Notes: generated by a model from the sequence alone, not told the origin. Shown: positions 1 to 9,140, numbered from the stretch's first letter. The stretch is DNA of 19,012 nucleotides from Oculatellaceae cyanobacterium bins.114 (GCA_033764315.1 JANRJA010000039.1:1-19012), one strand, 5' to 3'. Numbers and translations are program-made.

Positions 1-181
1 CTATAGCCTTGATGCGCTGATTCCTGGATTGTATATTTGGTTTGGTTCTTTAAAGGTTCGTCTAGGCGGTAGTCTAGCGGAGGATAGCTATTCAGGAACA
101 ATTCATAGTTTTGCTGGAATTGCTTTAGTCTTACCAGGTTATCGCATCTTTAGTACTTATCAAGATAGTTATGACCCTTGA
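1..181 (+). CDS. Hypothetical protein, 3' end only (runs in from the window edge)
   Basis: Frame starting at nt 2 is open to TGA at 179-181 (YSLDALIPGLYIWFGSLKVRLGG...STYQDSYDP*); overlaps the next ATG by 11 nt. Confidence 0.6.
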   Translation, partial: YSLDALIPGLYIWFGSLKVRLGGSLAEDSYSGTIHSFAGIALVLPGYRIFSTYQDSYDP

Positions 182-404
182 TAAGCATAAGTTGGATGGA
201 ATTGCTCAAATTACAGTTAAAACATTATCGGCACCAGAGTTTGAAGCACTTTTAATTAAAGCAGGATACACCCAAATCGGTACAGCACCTGCAAAAGGTA
301 ATCGAATTAAAACCTGGTGGACTCATAAAGTTTTTAGACGCATTGAAACTATCTACAGTGCTGATGGAATGACCGCAATTACCGCCTATCATACTGCTGA
401 GTAA
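171..404 (+). CDS. Small hypothetical protein, weakly HicA/dsRBD-like
   Basis: 77-aa ORF overlapping the upstream ORF; EFEALLIKAGY...KGNRIKTWWTH loosely resembles the HicA pattern but lacks the GSH histidine. Confidence 0.55.
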   Translation: MTLDKHKLDGIAQITVKTLSAPEFEALLIKAGYTQIGTAPAKGNRIKTWWTHKVFRRIETIYSADGMTAITAYHTAE

Positions 405-470
405 TAGGTAGCTAAGCACCTGATAAAACTTCTGAAACCCTGATACGGCAAAATCTAAAGCCTTTCGCCT

Positions 471-1033
471 TCAATTGAAGATACGGGTTAGGTCTAACAC
501 AAACCCTGGTAGTACATCCTCTCCTGAAAGGCGATCGGGCGTATCCAAAATCTCGGGCGATCGCCCCTAACGATAGATTTCAACTTGCTGATCTAATGGA
601 TTAATCAGCCATCCCAGTTGCACTCCATTACCCATATACTCCTGCATCTTAATGCGTAACGTTTCTAAATCATCTGATTCAGACGGGAGTTCCATGACAA
701 AATCTGGGGCAATAGGTGGAAATCGGCGTTGTTGAGTGGGTGTGAGCGCATCCCATTGTTCCTGCTTGACCCACGCACCATCAGGGGAACGATTGGCTCC
801 ATTGGGGAAGAACTAAACACCACACCTAAATTAGTTTGACGATTCCACAAGCCCAAATTGATGATCAGATCTGCTTCACGCTTACCTCCTTCTCCTCCAA
901 CGGGTGACATGATGACTAACTCCCCGTTTGCAGTGCGCTCAAATTTAGCATCAGGATTACTCTGACAAAGCTGATCAAAGGCTTCATCGGTCAACTCAAA
1001 AGGTGGATTTAGATTAACGACAACAGCCGTTAT
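471..1033 (-). pseudogene. Uma2-family (DUF820) endonuclease pseudogene
   Basis: Reconstructed ITAVVVNLNPPFELTDEAFDQLC...GVVFSSS/PNGANRSPDGAWV...APDFVMELPSESD...LGWLINP...EIYR*GRSP...LSGEDVLPGFVLDL. ATA at the expected start (1033-1031), frameshifting deletion near 805-810, in-frame TAG at 569-567. Confidence 0.9.
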
Positions 1034-1424
1034 AACAGTTCATGAGGTGATACTCTTCGGAGACTTCTTGCAACCTGCTATCTATAGCGGCTTTTGTATT
1101 ACAACCTATTCTTCCTACTCGCTCAATTTAGCACAACGCTGATTATTGAAGTTATAACCGTAATAATAGTGCTCTAACCTTGACTTAAAGCGATCGCCTA
1201 CAACAATACAAATACCTCAAATGGCTTGTCTCGAAGATTATCAATATCGTTGGGATGGCAGCTTTCCAGCATGGTGTTTGTTGGAGACAAAACCCTGGAT
1301 TGAGGGTGAAAGAAGATTCATTATTTTTAATTCTCAAAACCCCATCGAATTGCCATACTTACTCCATTTCTGATTAATAAAGTCGTATATTTTAATCATT
1401 AATTCGGTTGTGGAGTGATGAGTG

Positions 1425-1952
1425 ATGCATCGACAAACCCTGTTACTATCTATCTCTGCTTTCATGTTTTGTGTCTTGTCAGCGTCTGTGAGCCATGCAG
1501 TGCCCTCAAGTATCACGATCGCCGATAGCCAAAGCACATCTGAAGAAGCTTCTAGCAATCGCCTTGCCCTTGTGAGACAGTTTATCCAAGCGATCGAATC
1601 CAAAGATGCTCGCATAATCGATCAATTGCTTGCAGATAATGTTGTTTTAGAACAACCTTATTCTCCAGAACAGCCAGGAGGAGTTCGGGTTGAAGGAAAG
1701 CAAATAGCCAGTCTCTTTTTCGATCGCATCTTTCGCGAATTCTCTCAAATTCGCTTTGTCGATGTAGTTTTTCGGCAATCGCAATTTGACAATACTGTGA
1801 TTGTTGAGGCAAGGGGCGATTTTCGATTAGCAGCAGATCAAAGCCCTTATCGCAATCAATATATTGCTGTAATTGAAGTTGTGGATGGTCAAATTACACT
1901 CATTCGAGAGTACTTCAATCCCTTACTGTTGCCCAGGGAACCGGGTTCTTAG
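1425..1952 (+). CDS. SnoaL-like/NTF2-family protein with N-terminal signal peptide
   Basis: Hydrophobic leader ending SHA-V; LLADNVVLEQPY, YRNQYIAVIEVVDGQITLIREYFNP typical of SnoaL/NTF2 fold. Confidence 0.85.
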   Translation: MHRQTLLLSISAFMFCVLSASVSHAVPSSITIADSQSTSEEASSNRLALVRQFIQAIESKDARIIDQLLADNVVLEQPYSPEQPGGVRVEGKQIASLFFDRIFREFSQIRFVDVVFRQSQFDNTVIVEARGDFRLAADQSPYRNQYIAVIEVVDGQITLIREYFNPLLLPREPGS

Positions 1953-1988
1953 CTCAAGTGGGCTGAATCGGTGAGAGAACACCAAGGT

Positions 1989-2933
1989 TTAATGAGCTAA
2001 CTGAATACCACTAGCAATGAGTTTTGTTGCCCAGATCTCCAAGTCAGGATCCGGAATTGCGGCTCTAAGTTGACTAGAAATCGCTTCCGCTTGAGGCTGG
2101 GATTCTGCTAGGGCAAACACCGTCGGACCCGAACCCGACATCATCACCCCCAAACTGGTGAACTGTTGTAATGTTTCGCGCAATTGAGCAACTTTAAGAT
2201 ATTCAGGTAACACGATTTTCTCTAAATCATTGTGCAACAGTCTGCCAATTTCGGCTCCATTGTGATGCGCGATCGCCCCCACCATTGCCCCCGAATGCAC
2301 CCGTTGTCGGCGTTCCTTTAGCCCTGCATGGTCAGACACATAGGAACCGCTAAACTGCTTGCGATAGGTCTGATAGGCCCAGGGTGTAGACACCGAGAGA
2401 CTGCGATATTTTGCCAGAACCACATGCAAGGTATCCAGACTGGGTAAGGGAGAGAGCTTTTCCCCTCGTCCAGTGGCGATCGCCGTTCCTCCAGCCACAC
2501 AAAACGGCACATCTGACCCTAATTTGGCTCCTAACTCTTGAATTTCAACTTGCGTTAACCCCAATCCCCACATCAGGTTGACCCCAACCAAAACTGCCGC
2601 TGCATTCGTTGATCCGCCTGCCAACCCTGCTCCCACTGGAATGGATTTGTTGATGGTGATATCAACGCCCCCAAATTGACTAAAGGCATCGGGAAATTGG
2701 GTTGCCATCAAAGCAGCGGCTTTGTAAGCCAGGTTACTTTGATCGGCGGGTACATCGGGGTGATCACAATGAACCTGAATGGCTTCAGTGCTGTTGGCGC
2801 GTACCGTAATTTGGTCGGCGAGAGCAACACTTTGTAGCACCATTGCTAATTCGTGATATCCATCGGGGCGATCGCCAATGATTTCTAAGTACAAGTTAAT
2901 CTTGGCAGGGGCAATCAGAGAGTAAGCGTGCAT
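1989..2933 (-). CDS. ispE: 4-diphosphocytidyl-2-C-methyl-D-erythritol kinase
   Basis: APAKINLYL, RPDGYHEL, IPVGAGLAGGSTNAAA (GHMP kinase), LGSDVPF, MSGSGPTVF; start moved to ATG 2933 (MHAYSL). Confidence 0.97.
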   Translation of the reverse strand: MHAYSLIAPAKINLYLEIIGDRPDGYHELAMVLQSVALADQITVRANSTEAIQVHCDHPDVPADQSNLAYKAAALMATQFPDAFSQFGGVDITINKSIPVGAGLAGGSTNAAAVLVGVNLMWGLGLTQVEIQELGAKLGSDVPFCVAGGTAIATGRGEKLSPLPSLDTLHVVLAKYRSLSVSTPWAYQTYRKQFSGSYVSDHAGLKERRQRVHSGAMVGAIAHHNGAEIGRLLHNDLEKIVLPEYLKVAQLRETLQQFTSLGVMMSGSGPTVFALAESQPQAEAISSQLRAAIPDPDLEIWATKLIASGIQLAH

Positions 2934-2989
2934 GGGAAGGGAGGCAGGGAAGGGGAGACATTGTCGTGAGAGCATTCCAGACCATAAGC

Positions 2990-3844
2990 TTACCCCACTG
3001 GAGGGACAACAGGAGTACTCTCTTCATCTTCCATCGCCACCAACAGATTGCTCAACGCCACCCACTGTTCTACCCCCAAGTCTTCTGCTCGCACTTGAGG
3101 ATTAAGTTGGAGTTGCTCCAAGACAGCAGTGAGGCGATCGCGCTCAATCACCGAAGTTAAATTGTTTCGTAGCATCTTGCGCTTGGTAGCAAACCCCAGT
3201 TTTACCAGGGTATCGAGCTTACGAGGATTTACCGCCGGAGTCGCGATCGGGCGAGGCTTGAGCCGCACCACTGCCGAATCAACTTTGGGTGGTGGCTGAA
3301 ACGCCTTCGCCGGAACGTGAGCAATCCACTCACAATCTGCCAAATATTGCACCCGCACTGACAATGCCCCAAAGGTTCGCGATCCGGGCTTGGCACAGAC
3401 CCGCTCTGCTACCTCTTTTTGAATCAGTAGGACAATGCTGTCAAAGGGCTGAGGATTAGGGGTGGCGATCGCTCCTAGCAGCAGTTCCAGGATCGGTCCG
3501 GTGATGTTGTAGGGAATGTTGGCAACCACCTTGTTGGGGTTTTGAAAGGCAGGAAAGGCAGCTAAATGCTGCGGCACATCCAGACTCAAAATATCACCCT
3601 GCAACAGCAAAAAGTTGGGGCGACTGCCCAACGATTTAGCTAAGACTTGACAGAGATCACGATCGATCTCCACTGCAACGACTGTCTCTGCTAGTGGCAA
3701 CAACTGCCGTGTCAAAATGCCCGTCCCTGGCCCAATCTCTAAGAGGCGATCGCTTGGTTGCAACTCCGCTGCCGCCACAATCTGCCGCAATGCCGTGTCA
3801 CTGCGGAGCCAATGTTGACCAAACTGTTTGCGGGGTAGAGGCAT
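2990..3844 (-). CDS. rsmA: 16S rRNA m6,2A dimethyltransferase RsmA/KsgA
   Basis: PRKQFGQHWL, LEIGPGTGILT, VEIDRDL, VVANIPYNIT, QKEVAER, PPPKVDS, KRKMLRN; start moved to ATG 3844. Confidence 0.97.
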   Translation of the reverse strand: MPLPRKQFGQHWLRSDTALRQIVAAAELQPSDRLLEIGPGTGILTRQLLPLAETVVAVEIDRDLCQVLAKSLGSRPNFLLLQGDILSLDVPQHLAAFPAFQNPNKVVANIPYNITGPILELLLGAIATPNPQPFDSIVLLIQKEVAERVCAKPGSRTFGALSVRVQYLADCEWIAHVPAKAFQPPPKVDSAVVRLKPRPIATPAVNPRKLDTLVKLGFATKRKMLRNNLTSVIERDRLTAVLEQLQLNPQVRAEDLGVEQWVALSNLLVAMEDEESTPVVPPVG

Positions 3845-3971
3845 AGGGGGCAAGGATGAAACAGAAAGGATCAAGGATAAGAGCTAAAGGATAAACGATT
3901 CTGAACTGTCTAGGCGATCGCTTTAGTTCATCATTACATCTAAGACAGCGGCAAGACCTAAGAGCGATGTT

Positions 3972-4170
3972 ATGACTTCACTGACCTTACCACTGGTGTT
4001 TGATCTAAGTCGAGTTCACTTAACCTTGGATAGTCAATCCACTAGGTCAGCAGGTAGAAGTTTATCGTCAAGGGCAACCTAAAGAAATTTGCCAGTTGCC
4101 TGCCAAGTTATCAGGCGAGTCGGTTTTGCCGGGATTTTTGCTACGGATAGAGCGATTTGAAGAGGATTAG
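3972..4170 (+). pseudogene. Internally deleted Uma2-family remnant
   Basis: ATG 3972 gives MTSLTLPLVFDLSRVHLT (Uma2-like N-terminus), joined out of frame near 4026 to WIVNPLGQQVEVYRQGQPKEICQLPAKLSGESVLPGFLLRIERFEED* (Uma2 C-terminus); the core is missing. Confidence 0.85.
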
Positions 4171-4184
4171 TGCATCCTTTAGCC

Positions 4185-4263
4185 TCATAAACCTTATTGC
4201 AGCGGATTGCCCCACATTGCTAGTGAAGTTGCAAAAGTCTCTAGCAACCGCTGATTTGGGTTT
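4185..4263 (+). other. Degenerate attC-like hairpin
   Basis: CATAAA...TTGCAGCGGATTGC (4200-4210 arm) pairs with GCAACCGCTG (to 4253) with one bulged base; outer R boxes are damaged. Confidence 0.5.
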
Positions 4264-5733
4264 CTACTCGGTGGTCAATGAGCGAGTACGTTGTCGCTGA
4301 ATTTTGGTATCTATATTCCGTAATATATTTGCACCGAGGGTGTAGGCATACAGACTAGCTAACTCAAATTCAAAGCGTATTCCCTTATATAAGAAGTTAT
4401 CATCTCTGATTGTTCGACTAGTGACCTTGATAGGCTGGGATACACCTGGATTTTTTTTCACAAATTCTATGCAGTTGTCAAGTTCAGAGTGAGAATTATA
4501 AGGTCGGTCACTCCACTTGACTTCAACGATCCAGGAAGGTGATTGGTGTACTTGATCCAAATGAACAATATCAATTTCTCCTGAATTCCAACGTGCATAG
4601 TAAAGCTCAATTATTTTACTGTGTTGCCATTGACTAAAAATTGCAGTCTCAGTCATAGCTCCCATTGCCCCAGAGTCTATTTTAAGCTGCCCAAATAATG
4701 CTGCTCGCATTGATGGGTTAGTTAAATACACCTTGAAGCACACTGCTCTTTTAAACCTCTTTACATTTTGATCAATTCTCTCAACACGACGAATTAAAAA
4801 TGCTGCCTCAAGATATTCGAGATAACGTTTTATAGTATTTTTGGCTACACCCGATGATTGTGATAATCCCTCTAAGCTGACTTCGTTGCCAGAGTTATAG
4901 GCCAAAGTAGTGAAAAGTCTATTAAGTTCTTGAATGTCACTAATACCGTAAAGACTTGGTAGGTCTCGCAGTAAAACCTTGTCAATAATGTCACTTTTTA
5001 TATATTGACCAGGATCTAAGCGGATTGTTTCAGAGAAAACAGCCTCTGGATACCCTCCGAAGTTGAGATAATTGACAAACTCTTTATTTAATTCTTCTGT
5101 GTTTCGAGGCGAATATTCATAACCTTCAGCTCCATAATCTTCAGCCTCTATTAATTCCTCTTCTCTCCCAATGAACATCAGGTACTCAGCAAAAGTTAGC
5201 GGCGGTAAAACATAATCACTGAATCGACCAGCGCCAGATTCATTACTCTTCAATCGTAATGCGGCTGCGGCAGAACCAGTCGCAACAAAACGGTAGCTAG
5301 GAAATGAATCAACAAGGGACTTCAGATGTATTTCCCATTGGCGTAAATACTGAATTTCATCAAAAAAGATAAATAGTTTAGAAGTCCGTTCATGCCTAAA
5401 CAGTTCTTGAAAGTAATTAAGTATACGTTCTAATGGAAGACCAGTATATATAGGAGTTTCGAGAGATACATATAGAATATTTTCTGCACGAACGTCAGAG
5501 TCTAAAAGCATACGAATGCTGTGATAAACCATGACAGTTTTGCCAACCCGTCTCGGTCCCATTAAAACGATCGCTCGGCGCACACTTGTATCTAAAATAT
5601 TTTGAGAAAAAGTCTCAAAATACTTTCGCCGAGGTGCATCCTCATAAATGATCTTTCCCTGGCGACCTGTTTCCCACCAAGGGTTATCAAATTGAAGACG
5701 AGAGATAATATCTTCCTTTGAGATTTCAAGCAT
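4264..5733 (-). CDS. AAA_14 ATPase with winged HTH and DUF4143 / PD-(D/E)XK-like C-terminus
   Basis: NPWW, Walker A GPRRVGKT, Walker B FIFFDEIQ, TGS, GGYPE, HTH SLEGLSQSSGVAKNTIKRYLEYLE, GEIDIV...VEVKWS; AT-rich and no perfect HIP1. Confidence 0.9.
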   Translation of the reverse strand: MLEISKEDIISRLQFDNPWWETGRQGKIIYEDAPRRKYFETFSQNILDTSVRRAIVLMGPRRVGKTVMVYHSIRMLLDSDVRAENILYVSLETPIYTGLPLERILNYFQELFRHERTSKLFIFFDEIQYLRQWEIHLKSLVDSFPSYRFVATGSAAAALRLKSNESGAGRFSDYVLPPLTFAEYLMFIGREEELIEAEDYGAEGYEYSPRNTEELNKEFVNYLNFGGYPEAVFSETIRLDPGQYIKSDIIDKVLLRDLPSLYGISDIQELNRLFTTLAYNSGNEVSLEGLSQSSGVAKNTIKRYLEYLEAAFLIRRVERIDQNVKRFKRAVCFKVYLTNPSMRAALFGQLKIDSGAMGAMTETAIFSQWQHSKIIELYYARWNSGEIDIVHLDQVHQSPSWIVEVKWSDRPYNSHSELDNCIEFVKKNPGVSQPIKVTSRTIRDDNFLYKGIRFEFELASLYAYTLGANILRNIDTKIQRQRTRSLTTE

Positions 5734-5738
5734 GGAAA

Positions 5739-5801
5739 TAAGATTAGTGAATTAATCTTAGCTTATCCAAAAAGCCTATTAAGGTCAATCGATTAATCTT
5801 A
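5739..5801 (-). promoter_or_regulatory. Sigma70-type promoter with two palindromic operator-like sites
   Basis: Minus strand TTGACC (5788-5783), 17 nt spacer, TAAGCT (5765-5760); palindromes TAAGATTA-N6-TAATCTTA (5739-5760) and TAAGGTCA-N6-TAATCTTA (5780-5801). Confidence 0.6.
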
Positions 5802-5855
5802 GATCTTGATTTGTGGGGATATAGACTGCAATAGAAGCATATTGCTGTACCAGGT

Positions 5856-5941
5856 GTCTAACATTACGTTGGTGCGAACGGAAGAGAGGATATCGGTGAG
5901 AGATCGAGGTTATCTCCCGCCGCTGCATTATACCGTTAGCT
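5856..5941 (+). other. attC-like integron cassette recombination site
   Basis: Begins GTCTAAC (RYYYAAC) and ends GTTAGCT (GTTRRRY-like), 86 nt; imperfect inner arms TGGTGCGAACGG / CCGCCGCTGCA and GAGGATA / TATCTC. Confidence 0.65.
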
Positions 5942-6176
5942 TTGGATGGAGATTTAGCATTTATCCTCTAAGATGATTCATCGATAAAACCATTCAGGAG
6001 CGATCGCCCACACAGGTTGAAGAGCCGTTCTTGTGACGGAGTACCACTGCACTCAGCACTTTTTACTTTTGCGTTTTGCTAAGACATTCATATATTTCTT
6101 TAGAAAAGCCTGATTCCGGTAAAACACCTGCCAGATTTGTAGGATATTCATGAACCTGGTGATTTGAGGTGACTCC

Positions 6177-6836
6177 GTGAGGTACGAAATTCGTTATAAA
6201 CCAGCGTTCGCCACGATTTTCTTGACGCTAAATCCGGGCGATCGCATTACGACTGAAGCAGGCTCAATGGCGAGCATGTCGGCTCAGTTGTCAATGAATA
6301 CTGAGTTTTCAGGGGGGTTGATTCCGGGTCTGCTCAAGGCGTTTTTAGGGGGAGAATCCCTATTTGTCAACACCTTCACCAACTCAACTCAGCAACCGCT
6401 TGAACTGGTGTTGACCCAATCCACCGTGGGGGATGTGGGCATGATCGAGTTAAAAGGGAATGCCATTTGTTTCCAACCCGGAGCTTATGTCGCCCATACA
6501 CCAGGAATTCAGATGGGAATAGAGTGGGCGGGCTTTTCCAGTTGGTTAGCCGGAGAGGGCTTGTTTAAGCTCAAACTCAGCGGCACAGGGTTAGTGTTCT
6601 TTGGCGGCTACGGTGGGTTGACTCAGCGACAGGTCAATGGTGAATATGTGGTCGATACAGGACACTTGGTGGCTTACGAACCAGGCTTGCAGATGAATAT
6701 TCGGATGGCAGGTGGCTTGATCGGGTCTGTGACCTCTGGAGAAGGATTGGTGAATCGCCTAACTGGAAAAGGCATGATTTACCTGCAATCCCGCAGTGTG
6801 GATGGATTGGTCAGATTTTTGCGTCCCAAAGTGTAG
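6177..6836 (+). CDS. TIGR00266/AIM24 family protein
   Basis: EAGSMASMS, GGESLFVNTF, GEGLF, YVVDTGHLVAYE, SGEGLV, G.IYLQSR. Confidence 0.92.
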   Translation: MRYEIRYKPAFATIFLTLNPGDRITTEAGSMASMSAQLSMNTEFSGGLIPGLLKAFLGGESLFVNTFTNSTQQPLELVLTQSTVGDVGMIELKGNAICFQPGAYVAHTPGIQMGIEWAGFSSWLAGEGLFKLKLSGTGLVFFGGYGGLTQRQVNGEYVVDTGHLVAYEPGLQMNIRMAGGLIGSVTSGEGLVNRLTGKGMIYLQSRSVDGLVRFLRPKV

Positions 6837-6851
6837 GTGGGAGTGATTGTA

Positions 6852-7529
6852 ATGAAACTCGATATTTTACATCAGCCTGATAGTGCGATCGCCAAGATTG
6901 ACATGGCACCCATGGAAGAAATGATTGCCCAGGCGGGTGCCATGGTGGCAATGAGCAGCCACATGGAAGTCAACACCACCCTGCGTAAGGGCAAGGGTGG
7001 CGGTGTGTTGGGCGGTCTCAAACGTATGTTGGCGGGTGAATCGTTATTTCTCAGTGTGTTTCGGTCTGGCTCAACGCCTGCTGAAATATACCTCGCACCA
7101 AAGCTGATGGGTGACATTCTGCCCTACCAACTATCTGGCACGGAATTGGTGATTCAAGCCACAGGATATTTGGCGTGTACTCCCGGAGTCGATCTCGATC
7201 TGGGCTTCCAGGGGATCAAATCCATCTTTTCGGGTGAATCAATCTTTTGGCTCACCGCCAGTGGTTCAGGATTAGTTCTCCTGAGTTCCTTTGGCAGCAT
7301 TTACGAAGTGCAAGTTGATGGCGAATACATCGTCGATACGGGGCATATCGTTGCCTTTGAAAAGAATTTGAGCTTCACCATTACTAAACCGGGGACAAGC
7401 TGGTTGGGCGCATTCTTAGGCGGAGAAGGGTTTGTCTGCAAGTTTCAGGGCAAAGGTCGTCTCTTTTGCCAAACGCACAACCCAGGCGCGTTTGGTCGCT
7501 TAGTGGGCAGCAAACTGCCACCCCGATAA
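6852..7529 (+). CDS. TIGR00266/AIM24 family protein
   Basis: QAGAMVAMS, AGESLFLSVF, SGESIF, YIVDTGHIVAFE, GGEGFV; start taken as ATG 6852. Confidence 0.92.
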   Translation: MKLDILHQPDSAIAKIDMAPMEEMIAQAGAMVAMSSHMEVNTTLRKGKGGGVLGGLKRMLAGESLFLSVFRSGSTPAEIYLAPKLMGDILPYQLSGTELVIQATGYLACTPGVDLDLGFQGIKSIFSGESIFWLTASGSGLVLLSSFGSIYEVQVDGEYIVDTGHIVAFEKNLSFTITKPGTSWLGAFLGGEGFVCKFQGKGRLFCQTHNPGAFGRLVGSKLPPR

Positions 7530-7546
7530 ACTACACCCTTTTGTAA

Positions 7547-7572
7547 GTACAGACGCGATTAATCGCGTCTCT
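7547..7572. repeat. Short palindromic dispersed repeat (REP/SDR-like)
   Basis: GTACAGACGCGATTAATCGCGTCTCT; related copies at 9134-9173 and 11548-11573. Confidence 0.85.
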
Positions 7573-7603
7573 GCCAACACATCACTCATCTAATTGAAGA
7601 CCT

Positions 7604-8296
7604 ATGTCAGAAATTGCATATACGATCGAACATTCCCCCGCGTATGCGTCGCTGCAACTTCAGTTGCAAGCAAACCAAACCGTTTTGGTTGAGTCAGGCG
7701 CGATGGCAGCGATGGACGCCTGGATCAAAATGAAATCTAAGGTTCGGGGCGGTTTAATGAAAGGGTTGGGTCGCATGTTGGGCGGCGAATCTCTATTTCT
7801 CAGTGAGTTTACCTCTGAGGGCAAACCGGGGGAATTGTATGTCTCTCCAGGCGTTCCTGGTGACATTCAACATTATTACCTGGAAGGCAATAGCTTGATG
7901 GTGCAGTCGTCGGGGTTTGTGGCAGCCAGTCCATCTGTTGAAATGGATACCAAGTTTCAAGGGTTTAAAGGCTTCTTTAGTGGTGAATCGCTATTTTTAC
8001 TCAAAGCCACAGGTAGAGGCGATATCTGGTTTAGCTCCTATGGGGCGATTCTGGAAATTCCAGTGTCAGGAGACTATGTGGTCGATACGGGCTATATCGT
8101 TGCCTTTGAAGACACTCTGAATTATAAAGTTGAGGTGTTGGGTGGTCTGTCCTTTAAGAGTTTGAGAACGAGTATTTTTGGAGGGGAAGGGTTGGTGTGT
8201 CGATTTAGCGGCACAGGTAAATTGTGGGTTCAATCTCGACAGTTGAGTTCCTTTATTAATTTTGTCAATCCCTTCCGTCCCGTTAAGAGTAACTAG
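7604..8296 (+). CDS. TIGR00266/AIM24 family protein
   Basis: ESGAMAAM, GGESLFLSEF, FSGESLF, YVVDTGYIVAFE, GGEGLV, LWVQSR. Confidence 0.92.
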   Translation: MSEIAYTIEHSPAYASLQLQLQANQTVLVESGAMAAMDAWIKMKSKVRGGLMKGLGRMLGGESLFLSEFTSEGKPGELYVSPGVPGDIQHYYLEGNSLMVQSSGFVAASPSVEMDTKFQGFKGFFSGESLFLLKATGRGDIWFSSYGAILEIPVSGDYVVDTGYIVAFEDTLNYKVEVLGGLSFKSLRTSIFGGEGLVCRFSGTGKLWVQSRQLSSFINFVNPFRPVKSN

Positions 8297-8309
8297 TCAG
8301 GGTCAAGCC

Positions 8310-9140
8310 ATGCCGATCGAACTGCCTCCTGGAACCGCGAGTTACAGCGATCGCTCTTCTCCCCCAGAAAAACGCCAATATCTGGTGTTGTTTGGCATCA
8401 CAGTGGCCATTGTGATCGCTGCTTTTTGGTTGTTTAACGCCCTAGTCAATGGCTTGGTGTGGGTTATCCCTCCTGGTATTGAGCGACAACTGGGGGTGTT
8501 AACAGTGCCCACTTTTGAGCGATTGGCAAAGCCTTCTCCAGCGCAAGACACACTGAATCAACTTCTCGATCGCCTGGAAACTCACCTTCCAGCAGAGCAA
8601 CGACAAGATCGCGATTATCAGGTGTTATTTGTTCCAGACCCAACCGTAAACGCGTTGGCAATTCCGGGCGATCGCATCATTATCTACAAAGGCTTACTCG
8701 ACAAGATGGAGTCTGAGAATGAGTTGATGATGGTGTTGGGTCATGAATTGGGGCACTTTTCTAATCGTGACCATTTACGGGCATTGGGACGTGGTTTGGT
8801 GCTGCAACTGGCACTGGCAACCTTCTTGGGCGATATCGGTTCACTCCAGACGATCGCTGTTTCGGGGGTGACGGCTCTCAGTGATGCTCGCTTTTCCCAA
8901 AACCAGGAATATCGCGCCGATAGCGTTGGCTTAGATTTGCTTCAGGCTACCTATGGACACGTTGCTGGAGCCACTGACTTCTTCGCTGAATTGAGCCAAC
9001 AACTCGAACTTAACATTGAGTTTCTCTCGACTCACCCTGCCTCTCAAAATCGGGTGAAACGACTCGAAGAGGCGATCGCTCAACGCGGCTATAGATTGGG
9101 AGAAAAACGTCCGCTGCCTGCTGCACTTGCCGGGGAGTAG
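8310..9140 (+). CDS. M48-family zinc metallopeptidase, membrane anchored
   Basis: N-terminal TM, NALAIPGD, HELGH, FSQNQEYRAD, LSTHP; start taken as ATG 8310. Confidence 0.92.
   Translation: MPIELPPGTASYSDRSSPPEKRQYLVLFGITVAIVIAAFWLFNALVNGLVWVIPPGIERQLGVLTVPTFERLAKPSPAQDTLNQLLDRLETHLPAEQRQDRDYQVLFVPDPTVNALAIPGDRIIIYKGLLDKMESENELMMVLGHELGHFSNRDHLRALGRGLVLQLALATFLGDIGSLQTIAVSGVTALSDARFSQNQEYRADSVGLDLLQATYGHVAGATDFFAELSQQLELNIEFLSTHPASQNRVKRLEEAIAQRGYRLGEKRPLPAALAGE

Noticed and set aside
665-994. 109-aa ORF as an intact gene
   Set aside because: It is the 5' part of a Uma2 pseudogene; residues after VVFSSS are out-of-frame read-through
1334-1812. Minus-strand ORFs 1334..1615 and 1582..1812
   Set aside because: Antisense to the well-supported SnoaL-like gene
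3851-3897. AAGGATAA/AAGGATGA-like short repeats upstream of rsmA (similar tracts near 11575 and 18381)
   Set aside because: Ordinary degenerate STRR-type heptamer repeats of filamentous cyanobacteria
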